A stretch of 64,000 nucleotides of DNA from Haliotis rufescens (Eukaryota): NCBI RefSeq assembly GCF_023055435.1, contig NW_025963890.1, positions 71,052,001 through 71,116,000 on the forward strand, given 5' to 3'. The notes under the pieces are model-generated. The model was not told the origin of the DNA, did no database searches, and saw nothing but the letters and a program-made list of their open reading frames with translations. Position 1 is the first letter of the stretch; every line of letters begins with the position of its first letter. Both the position numbers and the translations under genes were made by a program. Shown piece after piece: positions 51,396 through 64,000 of this stretch.

Positions 51396-53871
51396 AGAAC
51401 AGGTCTTCAGTGACCATGCTTGTCGTAAATGGCGACTAACGGTTTCTAGTTGTCAGGCTCGTTGTCTTCGTTGATGATGCATGTCATCGTATCCCAATGG
51501 CGTAGATCGATGCTCGTGATGTCAATCACTGGATTGTCTGGTCCAGACTCGATTATGTACAGACCGCCGTCATATAGCTGGAATATTGCTGAGTTCGACT
51601 TTAAACAACAAAGAAATATACACTGAAACAATTATATCCACTACAGCCCACGCAGGTCTATAATGGTTGGCAAGTCTAGGTTACTGCAGCCTGAAGATGA
51701 AGAGTGACTTGGCCTCTTTTTATCAAATTACATTTAGATAATTTAACAACTGTCTTTAGTATAAAATATTTTCATTTCAGAGACCAGTCTAGATTAGTCT
51801 AGATTTATGTATAATGGAACTTGAACCCTTCAACCAGGATACTGCTGGAAACCACATTACATACTTACTTGTAGGATATAGTATCAGTTATCTTTTCGAT
51901 AAAGTCTCCATGTGATATTATCTTGAACGCTACGTTAAACCCCATTTCTCCTCACCCCAACTAATTTTATTCTTTCGTTGGGATGAAACAAGTGCCACAA
52001 TAATAACCTCTTGTGGGAAATTGATTAATGGCGGTCAAGGTCACGTCTTAGAAGATCCTGCAGCGCGCACTTTGTAGCAAGCCGCCTGTATTAGTTTGTG
52101 TGTTTCTAATCTCTCGCCTGTCATTAATTGCGGTCCCGCTAAAAAATAAAAATAAAATGAATCCTTTTTTTCGCCAGCTGAATATATAGTAAATACCACC
52201 GCTCTGAACAAAATGAAAGTATATCCTGTTTTATTTTTAAAAAATCCTTGGTGTGTTTAATTGGAAGAATGGATTTTTATAGGATGAGAAGTGAAATTGG
52301 GTTTAGCGTTATAGAGGGTTTAACGTGGCGTTCATGATTTTTGCACTTTGGGGCCGACCATCTGATATTCTGGGGGAGGAGGGGAGGTGTGTTGTTTCTG
52401 CTGCAGCTGCACATCCTGTAGCAGAATCATAATACTGGTACTATTGTGTGCCGGCCCCCTACATAGCGAAGTGCATGCATGCATATATGTGGGTAAATCT
52501 GTGTGAGTTGATCACTCCTTGTTTTATCTCTTTAATGCCGAGCGCGAGACAGGGAAACAACAAGTACCATCTTTTAACGTCTTTCGGTATGATGAAGTCA
52601 GGACCGAACCACCGAGCTTCCGCTCTTCGGGCAGATGCTGTATCTATCACTAGGCCACGGATGAGGCCTTTAAGTAATGCATGAAGCTGGTGTTGTGATC
52701 TCCCCTTTTCCCATCTTACTATCTTCAACCGACACATATACTGGACCTAGCATGAAAACAACGTGTTCATGAACACATTCACTTTAAAAAACTCAGTTGT
52801 TTGGTTTATGTGTCTGTGTATTGTCTTTGAGTTTGTTTGTTAGTGTTGTTTTTGTTGTTTGTTTTTGAGCGTCCTCCCTGTACGCATNNNNNNNNNNNNN
52901 NNNNNNNNNNNNNNNNNNNNNNNNNNNNNNNNNNNNNNNNNNNNNNNNNNNNNNNNNNNNNNNNNNNNNNNNNNNNNNNNNNNNNNNNNNNNNNNNNNNN
53001 NNNNNNNNNNNNNNNNNNNNNNNNNNNNNNNNNNNNNNNNNNNNNNNNNNNNNNNNNNNNNNNNNNNNNNNNNNNNNNNNNNNNNNNNNNNNNNNNNNNN
53101 NNNNNNNNNNNNNNNNNNNNNNNCACACACACTCTCACGCACAAGTCGCTCTATAAGTGCAATAATCTTGGAGGCGAGGTTATACCTCATTTCACCACCT
53201 CCCCTAAATAGGAGGGTTTTTTATACAAATATCGAATCTGATGGCGTCATCCACCAGAAGTAAGTGAACCACCCTCGAAGCCTACGAAGTATATATTAAA
53301 CCGAATTTCACCACACCTCACCTCACTGAGTCCTTGCAACTCGACCAGATCCATCCCTGTGAAACACTGACCTACATTCCCTATCATCCCAGTTGTATCA
53401 TTCATATCCAGTTGGACACATTATGGATACACAGAGACCAGGAGAACACTGGGTCCGATTCCCGCGTTGAGGAGTTCTCTATGGGGCGCGCACGTATCAG
53501 CAAGCACCGGATGCCACTCCAACGGGACAGCCATTGTAGTATTGCTTTGGTGAGCATATTCTCTAGCGGTACGTAAGAGACCAGGTTATAATTCACCCAT
53601 GGTGGCGCAAATTCAAAACACGATACAAGCAGTCCTTCCCTTGACATTAAATCTGTTAATCAACAATTATACCATAACGTTGGAGAGAGCGGAGTTAATC
53701 GTGCTGCGGGACAAGGTAGTGCAAGAAGATAATTGACCAGTGTAACACAGAGTGCAAGAAGATAATTGACCAAGGTGATACCGGAGTACAAGAAGGTATC
53801 AAATAGTGTGGTAACGGGATGCAAGAAAGTTCTCACACAATGTGGTACCAGGGTGCAAAACTGTTATCTAT

Positions 53872-54999
53872 TGTCACGGAGCTGTGCTCCAATGATCAGG
53901 GGTGTCCTTAAACAAGAATAAAGTAATAGTGAAAACGTGGTAATAGGTTCACAGGGGTATTATAAACAGCTGATTGTATCAATAAATGACAATAAAAGGA
54001 TCAAATAAACCCACTATGCACTGACAAAGATCACAGATTAATTAAATGAGCGTAAATACACAAGCGGCTAAGCTAAGCAACTGTATTACAGTAATAAAAT
54101 GAGTAGCTAAAGCAACACTTTGACAAGAAACAGACAAGATGCCTAGACAGCCAATTAAGTCGGTTGCGACCAATTAACACATGAGTTAATTTACTCAATA
54201 CTCTGAGGAGTGAATAACCGTGGCTGGGTTAAATAACGGGAAATAAAAACAGAGGGCCTATCCCTAAAATAAGTCACTAGTGCAATAAAATAGACGGGAA
54301 AGTCAGAATATCAAACTATACTAATAGAATAGTGATTCAGTCACTTTGACTGAGTAATGAAATACTCAAATTCCTGAGTAGAAAACTGAGTACCTGAAAC
54401 CCTAGGTACTAGGTTTAGCTCAATACGACCAGAGTAAGTCAGTACTAAATCAAAAGTGCTAGGTAATCACTTACTAAGGAAACCCGAATTTCGCGTGACC
54501 ACCAAGTAGTGAGACAATCGTAAACGATCCAACGAAAAGCCTAGGGGTCAAGACACAACATCCTGACAGAAGTATAAATGTACTGCGCGCGGACCTCGGA
54601 GAGGTCAGTCTCTGCTGGACAGCCGGGGAATTCAATAGACTGGGGCGCTTAGCCAACGTGTGTTTTTAATGGGGTAAACACAAATAGCAAACTAACTACT
54701 ATTTCCATAAAGATGTAAGTATCAAAACAAAGCTCTGAATATGTGCTATCCAACGGTATCATTAAGGATTTACAACAAGCTACAATTGTTGAGGAGACAA
54801 AAATTACCAGAAATACATGCGCAATATCTGTGTGTACATATCAGTTTCCCTAATGTTTTGAATAAGGTAGCGAACATACAGAGAGATAACATACATCAAG
54901 TCAGTACATTGTGAGAGTGCGTCATTTATTCTCTTATTTAGAATGCAATGTACCACGACGGCCGCGGTGTCGGAAATAAAGCAAGGGAGCGGTGTGACA
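53872..54999. mobile_element. Possible solo LTR (TGTCAC...GTGACA) inserted in the left end of the 34-bp satellite
   Basis: Inverted 6-bp termini, non-coding, satellite-like units on both sides; no TSD found. Confidence 0.5.
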
Positions 55000-55024
55000 A
55001 GGGTAGATTAATGACACGGTAATA

Positions 55025-57060
55025 CAGTGGTGGTGCGGGGATGCAAGAAGGTTATCACACAGTGTGTTTTCAGGGTGCAAGAAAGTTATCACACAGTGTG
55101 TTTCCAGGGTGCAAGAAAGTTATCACACTGTGTGTTTCCAGGGTGCAAGAAAGTTATCACACAGTGTGGTGCGGGGATGCAAGAAGGTTATCACACTGTG
55201 TGTTTCCAGGGTGCAAGAAAGTTATCACACAGTGTGTTTCCAGGGTGCAAGAAAGTTATCACACAGTGTGTTTCCAGGGTGCAAGAAAGTTATCACACAG
55301 TGTGTTTCCAGGGTGAAAAAAGGTTATCACACAGTGTGGTGCGGGGATGCAAGAAAGTTATCACACTGTGTGTTTCCAGGGTGCAAGAAAGTTATCACAC
55401 AGTGTGGTGCGGGGATGCAAGAAAGTTATCACACAGTGTGTTTCCAGGATGCAAGAAGGTTATCACACAGTGTGGTGCGGGGATGCAAGAAAGTTATCAC
55501 ACAGTGTGTTTCCAGGGTGCAAGAAAGTTATCACACAGTGTGGTGCGGGGATGCAAGAAAGTTATCACACTGTGTGTTTCCAGGGTGCAAGAAAGTTATC
55601 ACACAGTGTGTTTCCAGGGTACAGAAAGGTTTCACACTGTGTGTTTCCAGGGTGCAAGAAAGTTATCACACAGTGTGTTTCCAGGGTTCAAGAAAGTTAT
55701 CACACAGTGTGTTTCCAGGGTGCAAGAAAGTTATCACACAGTGTGGTACGGGGATGCAAGAAAGTTATCACACAGTGTGTTTCCAGGGTGCAAGAAAGTT
55801 ATCACACTGTGTGTTTCCAGGGTACAGAAAGGTTTCACACTGTGTGTTTCCAGGGTGCAAGAAAGTTATCACACGGTGGGTTTCCAGGGTACAAGTAAGT
55901 CATCACACAGTGTGTTCCGGGATTCAAGAAAGTTATCACACAATGTGTTTCCAGGGTGCAAGAAAGTTATCACACAGTGTGGTACGGGGATGCAAGAAAG
56001 TTATCACACAGTGTGTTTCCAGGGTGCAAGAAGGTTATCACACAGTGTGTTTCCAGGGTACAAGAAAGGTTTCACACTGTGTGTTTCCAGGGTGCAAGAA
56101 AGTTATCACATGGTGTGTTTCCAGGGTACAAGTAAGTCATCACACAGTGTGGTACCGGGATTCAAGAAAGTTATCACACAGTGTGTTTCCAGGGTGGAAG
56201 AAAGTTATCACACTGTGTGTTTCCAGGGTGCAAGAAAGTTATCACACAGTGTGTTTCCAGGGTACAAGAAGGTTATCACACAGTGTGTTTCCAGGGTACA
56301 GAAAGGTTTCACACTGTGTGTTTCCAGGGTGCAAGAAAGTTATCACACAGTGTGTTTCCAGGGTACAAGTAAGTCATCACACAGTGTGGTACCGGGATTC
56401 AAGAAAGTTATCACACAGTGTGTTTCCAGGGTGCAAGATAGTTATTACACAGTGTGGTACGGGGATGCAAGAAAGTTATCACACAGTGTGTTTCCAGGGT
56501 GCAAGAAGGTTATCACACAGTGTGTTTCCAGGGTGCAAGAAAGGTTTCACACTGTGTGTTTCCAGGGTGCAAGAAAGTTTTCCCACAGTGTGTTTCCAGG
56601 GTGCAAGAAAGTTATCACACAGTGTGTTTCCAGGGTTCAAGAAAGTTATCACACAGTGTGTTTCCAGGATGCAAGAAAGTTATCACACAGTGTGGTGCCA
56701 GGATGCAAGAAGGTTATCACACTGTGTGTTTCCAGGGTGCAAGAAAGTTATCACACAGTGTGTTTCCAGGGTGCAAGAAAGTCATCACACGGTGTGGTAC
56801 TGGGATCCAAGAAGGTTATCACACTGTGTGTTTCCAGGGTGCAAGAAAGTTATCACACAATGTGGTGCCGGGATGCAAGAAGGTTATCACACTGTGTGTT
56901 TCCAGGGTGCAAGAAAGTTATCACACAGTGTGGTACCGGGATACAAGAAGGTTATCCTACAGAATGGTACCAGGGTGCAAGAAAGTTATCACACAGTGTG
57001 GTACCGGGATGCAAGATGGTTATCACACAGTGTGGTACCGGGGTGCAAGAAGGTTATCAG
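55025..57060. repeat. 34-bp satellite (GTGCAAGAAAGTTATCACACAGTGTGTTTCCAGG), about 60 copies; degenerate units also at ~53720-53868
   Basis: Period 34 (55081, 55115). Confidence 0.97.
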
Positions 57061-57865
57061 TAACCTTTGAAGAACATGCCACGATGCACTGGTGTGTTGT
57101 CTATCATAATTATTTAGCTCGAGCTTCTGGATATAACAGTACAAATATATTCATTTACGGAAACTTCTGTCCATTTCTTGCTAGTGTCTGCTTAGTATAT
57201 AAATCAGGAAAGGAAATGTTTTATTACACTTGCAAAAAAATATTTTTTAAGAATCTAATTAGACAAGTATATATTTCTACATTTAAAAGTCTTATTTCAC
57301 TTTTTGAAATAGTTTTAAATGCCACCTGAGAGAGAAAAAACATTCTTGATATTCATAGAAATTCATCGTCAGGAAAAGTGTCAGTTTTACAATTTGAAGT
57401 CTCGACTTCGTGGCGCCATCAATCGAAATCAATTCCGAAAAATATGTTTTACTAATGATATCTCCATAAATTGGTCTGCTTTCCTGTGGTGTGACAGAGA
57501 CCTGACAAGGGAGGACACAGTAGATCCCCCAGTTGTAGCACCATCCCCTTGTTTCTCCAGTGACAGAGCTGTACTGTCAGCTCTGCAGTCGTGACACTGC
57601 GTGCAGTCGATCACTATGTCTGATATCGCGCTGTGATTCCTGATGGTACTGTTATAGATAACACTCCCTAGGGTCCCCAAGAGACCAAACATTTGACATT
57701 TGGATAGTGGCCATACTGATATTTAGTCCCAGAAATAAAGTTATTAAATTTTAAAATATGCCAAAAAGGAGAGAGGAGAGTGAGAATGACCAAGACATAT
57801 CTTCTGATCTATATGGTGTTGGACATTGGAATGATATAATACTGCTGGAGAGAAGGGGATCAGAT

Positions 57866-59374
57866 CTAATTGGTTCTAACGGTTGGCGTGATGAGTTTGT
57901 GGCGCACTAGGTCGTAAAAAAAGTCCGGGGTCAAATTGCAAATTTGAATTTTGCAGCCAACGTCACTAATATCGGATAACCACCTCTGTTGGCCAGACAT
58001 GCACACATTCTTCGAGGGGTCGATTCTGATTAGTCGACCAATGTCAGCTTGACTCATGTTGTTCCACTTACCAGTGAGAGCAACATCGAGTTCATTTATA
58101 GTGGTGGGTGTATTTTGATTTTGACGTACACATCTGCCAATGACACCCCAGACGTTTTCAATGGGAGAAAGGTCAGAACTGAATGCTGGCCGTGGCATGA
58201 TATGGATACTTTGCTGTTGGAAGAATTGGGTCATAATCCTGGCACGATGAGCACGTGCATTATCATCTTGAAACATAAAACGTTGTCAAACAGAACCAAG
58301 TGTTGCAATGATGTTGTCCCGATAGTACTGACCTCTGAACCTGCCATGGACAATATGGCGCGCAGTTCGGCCAGTCAATGTGCTACCACCCCAAAACATT
58401 ATGGACCCGACCCCAAAACGATCACGCTACACGACGTTAACGTCCATTAAACTTCATAAGGGGGTCTCCAAACTCGATTCCTTCAGCCAGGATGTCGAGA
58501 GAGAAACATCGATTCCTCAGAAACCATGACATTAGCCTAACGTCGATTATCCAAGTGCTGACCTCCCTACACCAGTGACACATCAAATGACGTGCAGTAA
58601 GTTGTGGGATGACACGTGGACGTCGTGCACGCAAATGTCGACTTTGCAGACGATTTCGCACCGTCTGGGCATGTACTCTTACACCAGTTGCCTGTTGCAT
58701 CCGGTCCCTTATCTGAGTGGGAGTTTGTAACCGATTCGTAATGCCATCGCTCTGACTCATCTGTCCTTGGCTGGATGTCCTTGGGCGTCAATAGCGGCGT
58801 CGATCATCGACGAAAAGTGTTTTTTGCTAGAATTTGCTGATGACAGATTGAGAAACATGCAGCGTTTTTGGCTACACTCTTCTGCAACATCCCCGTGGTT
58901 AATGTTCAGCACGTTGCAAACGTCGCATCATCAATGATGCTGCTTCCTAATGATTGAATGTGTTTAATCAAGTGTCTTTGAGCGTTTGGTTCCAAGAAGG
59001 CAATATGCGTCTGCTCACAACCGAGTCTGAGTGACAATGGTAACTCTGACATACCATTCTTTGCACGTGCTGTCCAAGGTCACGTGTTTTATGACTGTCA
59101 CAATGTTGTGTTTGGGGGGTTGGTCAGTCTTCTTACCACATAAATCACTTACTGTGTTTATGAATCGCTATCAAATAGTGATGATACCAGGTGTTCGTGA
59201 AAGGTATTTGATAGTGATACCTAAACACGTGCTGATAGTATAGACGGGATCTTTCATTGGCCTCTACTTTTAAAGAGGTTATAGCCCATGTGTGTCATGA
59301 TATGGTAAATATCCTGTAATAGGAATAAAGACTGTGTATTAAAATGCGGCCCATGCGTTCTTGTTCGCGGGGGT
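57866..59374 (-). mobile_element. Decayed Tc1-family transposon
   Basis: FQDDNARAHRAR, AFSSDLSPIENVW, VHAQTVRNRL..HLRARRP; candidate terminus at ~59356-59374. Confidence 0.85.
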
Positions 59375-59664
59375 AAACTCTGTGAGACATTTGGATAGTA
59401 TTACACAAAGTGACGCTTGTTGGACTTTGTGGAATCGTATGTCAGAGACTATGGTAAATGTCAAACATTATGCGCAGAAATACTTTATATCACCCAAGGA
59501 GACACCAGACAATCGAACTTGAAGAAACGCCACGATGTAGTTAATGCCTGATCCATGGGCCCTAGGACTTGTTACAGAATAACCTTGGTCGAATTGAATA
59601 TTTGAAGCGAAACTACTTTTCCTGAACCAATTTTCACATAGAAGTCTTGGCACATAACTCGTTG

Positions 59665-59878
59665 TCCCCGTGAACATCCGGGCTGCAATTGGTCTTCGGC
59701 AACAATACTTGTCCTAAGAGGCGACTCACTGACTTGGCTGATGCATGTCATCGTATCCCAATTACGTTGACTGATGCTGAGGATGTCACTCAGTGGATTA
59801 TCTGGTCCAGACTCGATTATCTACAGACCACCATCATATAGCTGAGGGCGGCGTTAAACAATAAACAAACAAACAAAC
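59665..59878 (+). mobile_element. Diverged family B copy
   Basis: cccgtgaacatccggg...aagaggcgact...tctggtccagactcgatt, (AAAC)n. Confidence 0.75.
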
Positions 59879-60447
59879 ACAGAGAGGTGTGGTAACAAAG
59901 TAAAAGATCTGAATGGTGTTAATACAGGAATGATGTTAATATGACACGTATTTCTACAACAACCTCGAATACGGACTATATCTACCATGGTCTGGTGCCC
60001 TATCTGTCTTGTCCTCCTTGTCCGAATACTTACAAATAGCCGTCATAGAGCTGGAAAATTGCCGCGTTAAACAACAAACAAACAAACTTTATTCGAGGTA
60101 AGTCTTGTGATAAAGTATAGGAGTCTGATCGTGGAAGACTGCCCTGGGGTCGGGGTCGCGGATATTGTGTATGGTTTTCTCACGCGACGCTGCTATGGGG
60201 GGAACTATTGGGAGCGGTTTCACTGCTGCAACTGATCGACATCCTTCAAGAAATGGGGGAAACTTTAAGAAATCGTTGTTAACGTAAATAGATATGTGCA
60301 TAGGAATGAAAATTTAACCTTTTTCATGTCAACAATTTTTATTTGTATAGACCCAAAGTACAAAACTATTTTCAAAACAAAATGTCACTGAGAGTTACAT
60401 CATGTAAAAAACGGGTCCTTAAAATTATCGTACATCTTCCCGAGACA

Positions 60448-60485
<38 letters not shown>

Positions 60486-60535
60486 CATGCTTGCAAATGT
60501 TATCGTGACACTCATGACCTCCTTCATGAAAAGTG

Positions 60536-60582
<47 letters not shown>

Positions 60583-60597
60583 TTTTCGTTGAGTCCA

Positions 60598-61367
60598 TTA
60601 AATTCCTGCATTCTGATTAGCTGAATTGGTCACGTGTTATTGCATTTCCCAATGAATGTAAAAAAATTAAGCCACGCCCACCGAGTAGCACTACTTTTAT
60701 TACTGCGGAATCCCAATATTACAGTCGAGGGAATTCCCTTGCTGCTCACGTGTATCGTCATGCACAGGACATTTAGCGACTTTCATGCATATTCATTTTC
60801 CAAACTACCCTTTGAAACCGAAGGCCGAGAATGAATGAAACAGCAACGCCTGTTTTTTCCCGCTCGCCTCGGTTCAACTTTCATGTCTACGGGTTTCATT
60901 TCTATCTAGCATTTTTCCAACTGTGTTCACCCTAATCAGGGAAGTAAGGTTTGAATCTGGCGGTAACTGACCATGTTATTTGAAACAGCCGCCTTCTACC
61001 GGACATATTCCTTCCGGTCCGTTACAGTCTGACTGTTGCAGTTCTTTTCGCCTCTTTCCTTAATTGACAGGTCCAATGAACATTGTTTTGATCCTACTCT
61101 CCGTTGATTGGCTACTGACTGTGTAGGCGTGTCAAGTTATTTGCATAAGTTAAACGATCACCTGATTCATGTCACGCCACAGTATGTATTCCTACACCTG
61201 GAATGTTTATCAATCTCGTCATTTTTGTCTGTTTTGATATATACTACTGTTTTTGGTTAAATTATTGTAGATAAAACATGTTTTACGTTGTCGAATTTAA
61301 TTATAAGCATTGAATGTGTATTTTTTTTGGTTCATTGAGGTATGAATCGAAAAACCGATGTGCCAAC
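60598..61367 (-). mobile_element. Inverted copy of the 7801-8556 repeat
   Basis: See 7801-8556. Confidence 0.8.
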
Positions 61368-61456
61368 TGTATGAATCCAGCCATTCCTTAAGCAGATATG
61401 GATCATATACATCTTCTGTAGGTCAAACGACACAAAAACCATAATGACATAATATA

Positions 61457-62160
61457 CGAGTGTTGGCTGAAAGGTTCCGGGCCAGACTATTAGGTAGTTG
61501 GCTGCGTTGATGGAGTTTGCTTATCATATAATCCCCTCCGAGGTCAACACATTTCTGCCAACGATGCTTGAGTGCCTGGAGCCCACTGGTGTAGCAGGCT
61601 TCTTCCTGGTGGTGTGACAAGTCCTCCACAGCAGCAATGACGCCATCATAATGAAGTTTGCAAGACAGTTCTATCTCCAAGATTAGGAAGCGGTGGAAAT
61701 GTGACGATGCCAAATCTTGTAAATGTGGAGGATGTTCAATGAGATCAATACCACAGCCGGGCATTGGTGACAACAGACTTGTCCTGGTGAAACAATACAC
61801 CTTCTTTTCCATAACGTTTAGCCTTGATGCTCTCACGCAGTTGCCATAGCAGCTTAGCATAATGTTGGCCATTAATGATCTGACCTCTTGGGATGTAGTT
61901 CAAAGTAGGTTTCCTTTGGAACCCCAGAATACTGAAGCCATCACCTCACTAGCTGATGGAACAGATTTTGTCACTGGCAGGTAGTGGTGAACCCAAGACT
62001 CATCCATGGGTACATATCGCTCAACGAAGTCAGCTGGGTCTGCTTCACAACGATTTAAATTCTCACGAGAGATGATGAACCTGAAGCGTTTCTGATCTGG
62101 AGTCAGCAGCCTTGGCGCCAAGTAGTCTGTCTCACAGTCCCTGAACCATATCATTTCCCC
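61457..62160 (-). mobile_element. Decayed mariner fragment (catalytic region and one TIR)
   Basis: MDESWVHHY, VMASVFWGSKG, HPPHLQDLASSHFH (HPPYSPDLAPSDF-like), RWQKCVDLGGDY; TA|CGAG terminus at 61455. Confidence 0.85.
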
Positions 62161-62394
62161 TTCCTCCCAGACCTTTCTGTAATGCAGAGCCCTTAATGAA
62201 GCAAGTCTAGATTTTCCTCAGGTTCAGGTTCTGAATCTCCCATCTAACCATGTCTCCTTTTCAATACAAATTGAGCTATTTGTTTCTATCAAAATTATGT
62301 ATTTTTCAACCCAGAGCCAAGCGTGCTGAAACCTTTGTCATGCTCATCCATAGAATATATTCAACTGCAGCACTGGCTACGTAGCTTATCTCAC

Positions 62395-64000
62395 TGGCCA
62401 TGTACTGTATGTTACTGACTATGTACTGTATGTTACTGGCTGTGTACTGTATGTTACTGGCTGTGTACTGTATGTTACTGGCTGTGTACTGTATGTTACT
62501 GGCTGTGTACTGTATGTTACTGGCTGTGTACTGTATGTTACTGGCTGTGTACTGTATCTCACTGGCTGTGTACTGTATGTTACTGGCTGTGTACTGTATG
62601 TTACTGGCTGTGTACTGTATGTTACTGGCTGTGTACTGTATGTTACTGGCTGTGTACTGTATGTTACTGGCTGTGTACTGTATCTCACTGGCTGTGTACT
62701 GTATGTTACTGGCTATGTACTGTATGTTACTGGCTATGTACTGTATGTTACTGGCTGTGTACTGTATCTCACTGGCTGTGTACTGTATGTTACTGGCTGT
62801 GTACTGTATCTCACTGGCTGTGTACTGTATGTTACTGGCTGTGTACTGTATGTTACTGACTATGTACTGTATGTTACTGGCTGTGTACTGTATGTTACTG
62901 GCTGTGTACTGTATGTCACTGACTATGTACTGTATGTTACTGGCTGTGTACTGTATGTTACTGGCTGTGTACTGTATGTTACTGACTATGTACTGTATGT
63001 TACTGGCTGTGTACTGTATGTTACTGGCTGTGTACTGTATGTCACTGGCTGTGTACTGTATGTTACTGGCTGTGTACTGTATGTTACTGGCTGTGTACTG
63101 TATCTCACTGGCTGTGTACTGTATGTTACTGGCTGTGTACTGTATGTCACTGACTATGTACTGTATGTTACTGGCTGTGTACTGTATGTTACTGGCTGTG
63201 TACTGTATGTTACTGGCTGTGTACTGTATCTCACTGGCTGTGTACTGTATGTTACTGGCTGTGTACTGTATGTTACTGGCTATGTACTGTATGTTACTGG
63301 CTGTGTACTGTATGTTACTGGCTGTGTACTGTATGTTACTGACTATATACTGTATGTTACTGGCTATGTACTGTATGTTACTGGCTGTGTACTGTATGTT
63401 ACTGGCTGTGTACTGTATGTTACTGGCTGTGTACTGTATCTCACTGGCTGTGTACTGTATGTTACTGGCTGTGTACTGTATGTTACTGACTATGTACTGT
63501 ATGTTACTGGCTGTGTACTGTATGTTACTGGCTGTGTACTGTATGTCACTGACTATGTACTGTATGTTACTGGCTGTGTACTGTATGTTACTGGCTGTGT
63601 ACTGTATGTTACTGACTATGTACTGTATGTTACTGGCTGTGTACTGTATGTTACTGGCTGTGTACTGTATGTTACTGGCTGTGTACTGTATCTCACTGGC
63701 TGTGTACTGTATGTTACTGGCTGTGTACTGTATGTTACTGACTATGTACTGTATGTTACTGGCTATGTACTGTATGTTACTGGCTATGTACTGTATGTTA
63801 CTGGCTGTGTACTGTATGTTACTGGCTATGTACTGTATGTTACTGGCTATGTACTGTATGTTACTGGCTGTGTACTGTATGTTACTGGCTGTGTACTGTA
63901 TGTTACTGGCTGTGTACTGTATGTTACTGGCTGTGTACTGTATGTTACTGGCTGTGTACTGTATGTTACTGGCTGTGTACTGTATGTTACTGGCTGTGTA
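62395..64000. repeat. 21-bp satellite (GTACTGTATGTTACTGGCTGT) running off the window end
   Basis: Direct inspection. Confidence 0.97.

Noticed and set aside
55027-57329. 678-aa and 668-aa ORFs
   Set aside because: Translation of a 34-bp satellite; the same peptide cycles through all three frames.
57695-59399. 14-bp direct repeat GACATTTGGATAGT flanking the decayed Tc1
   Set aside because: Tc1 makes TA TSDs and the repeat does not abut recognisable termini; origin unresolved.

Overview
Eukaryotic (animal) genomic DNA with four N-gaps; the SINE repertoire and (ACTC)n/(AAAC)n tails suggest a mollusc, possibly a gastropod such as abalone (inference). The only supported host gene is a + strand rhodopsin-class peptide GPCR. 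Four phase-compatible exons encoding TM3-end to C-terminus lie at 4173-4296, 26220-26422, 28159-28297 and 39848-40276; the 5' exons are not visible. The ICL3 exon is absent from the ORF track. The rest is repeats: four SINE-like families (three share one 3' tail), decayed Tc1 and mariner transposons, an Academ-like remnant, nested MITEs, a possible solo LTR and about ten minisatellites that generate the long spurious ORFs. Most interesting: (1) a minisatellite born from the GPCR exon end and splice donor, giving a run of tandem AG|GTGAGT donors behind an in-frame stop after TM5; (2) a retroposed family with no tRNA head but a constant, structured 5' end; (3) a 34-bp-period array of CTCF-like motifs downstream of the gene; (4) a satellite whose unit mimics heptamer-12 bp-nonamer RSS geometry.
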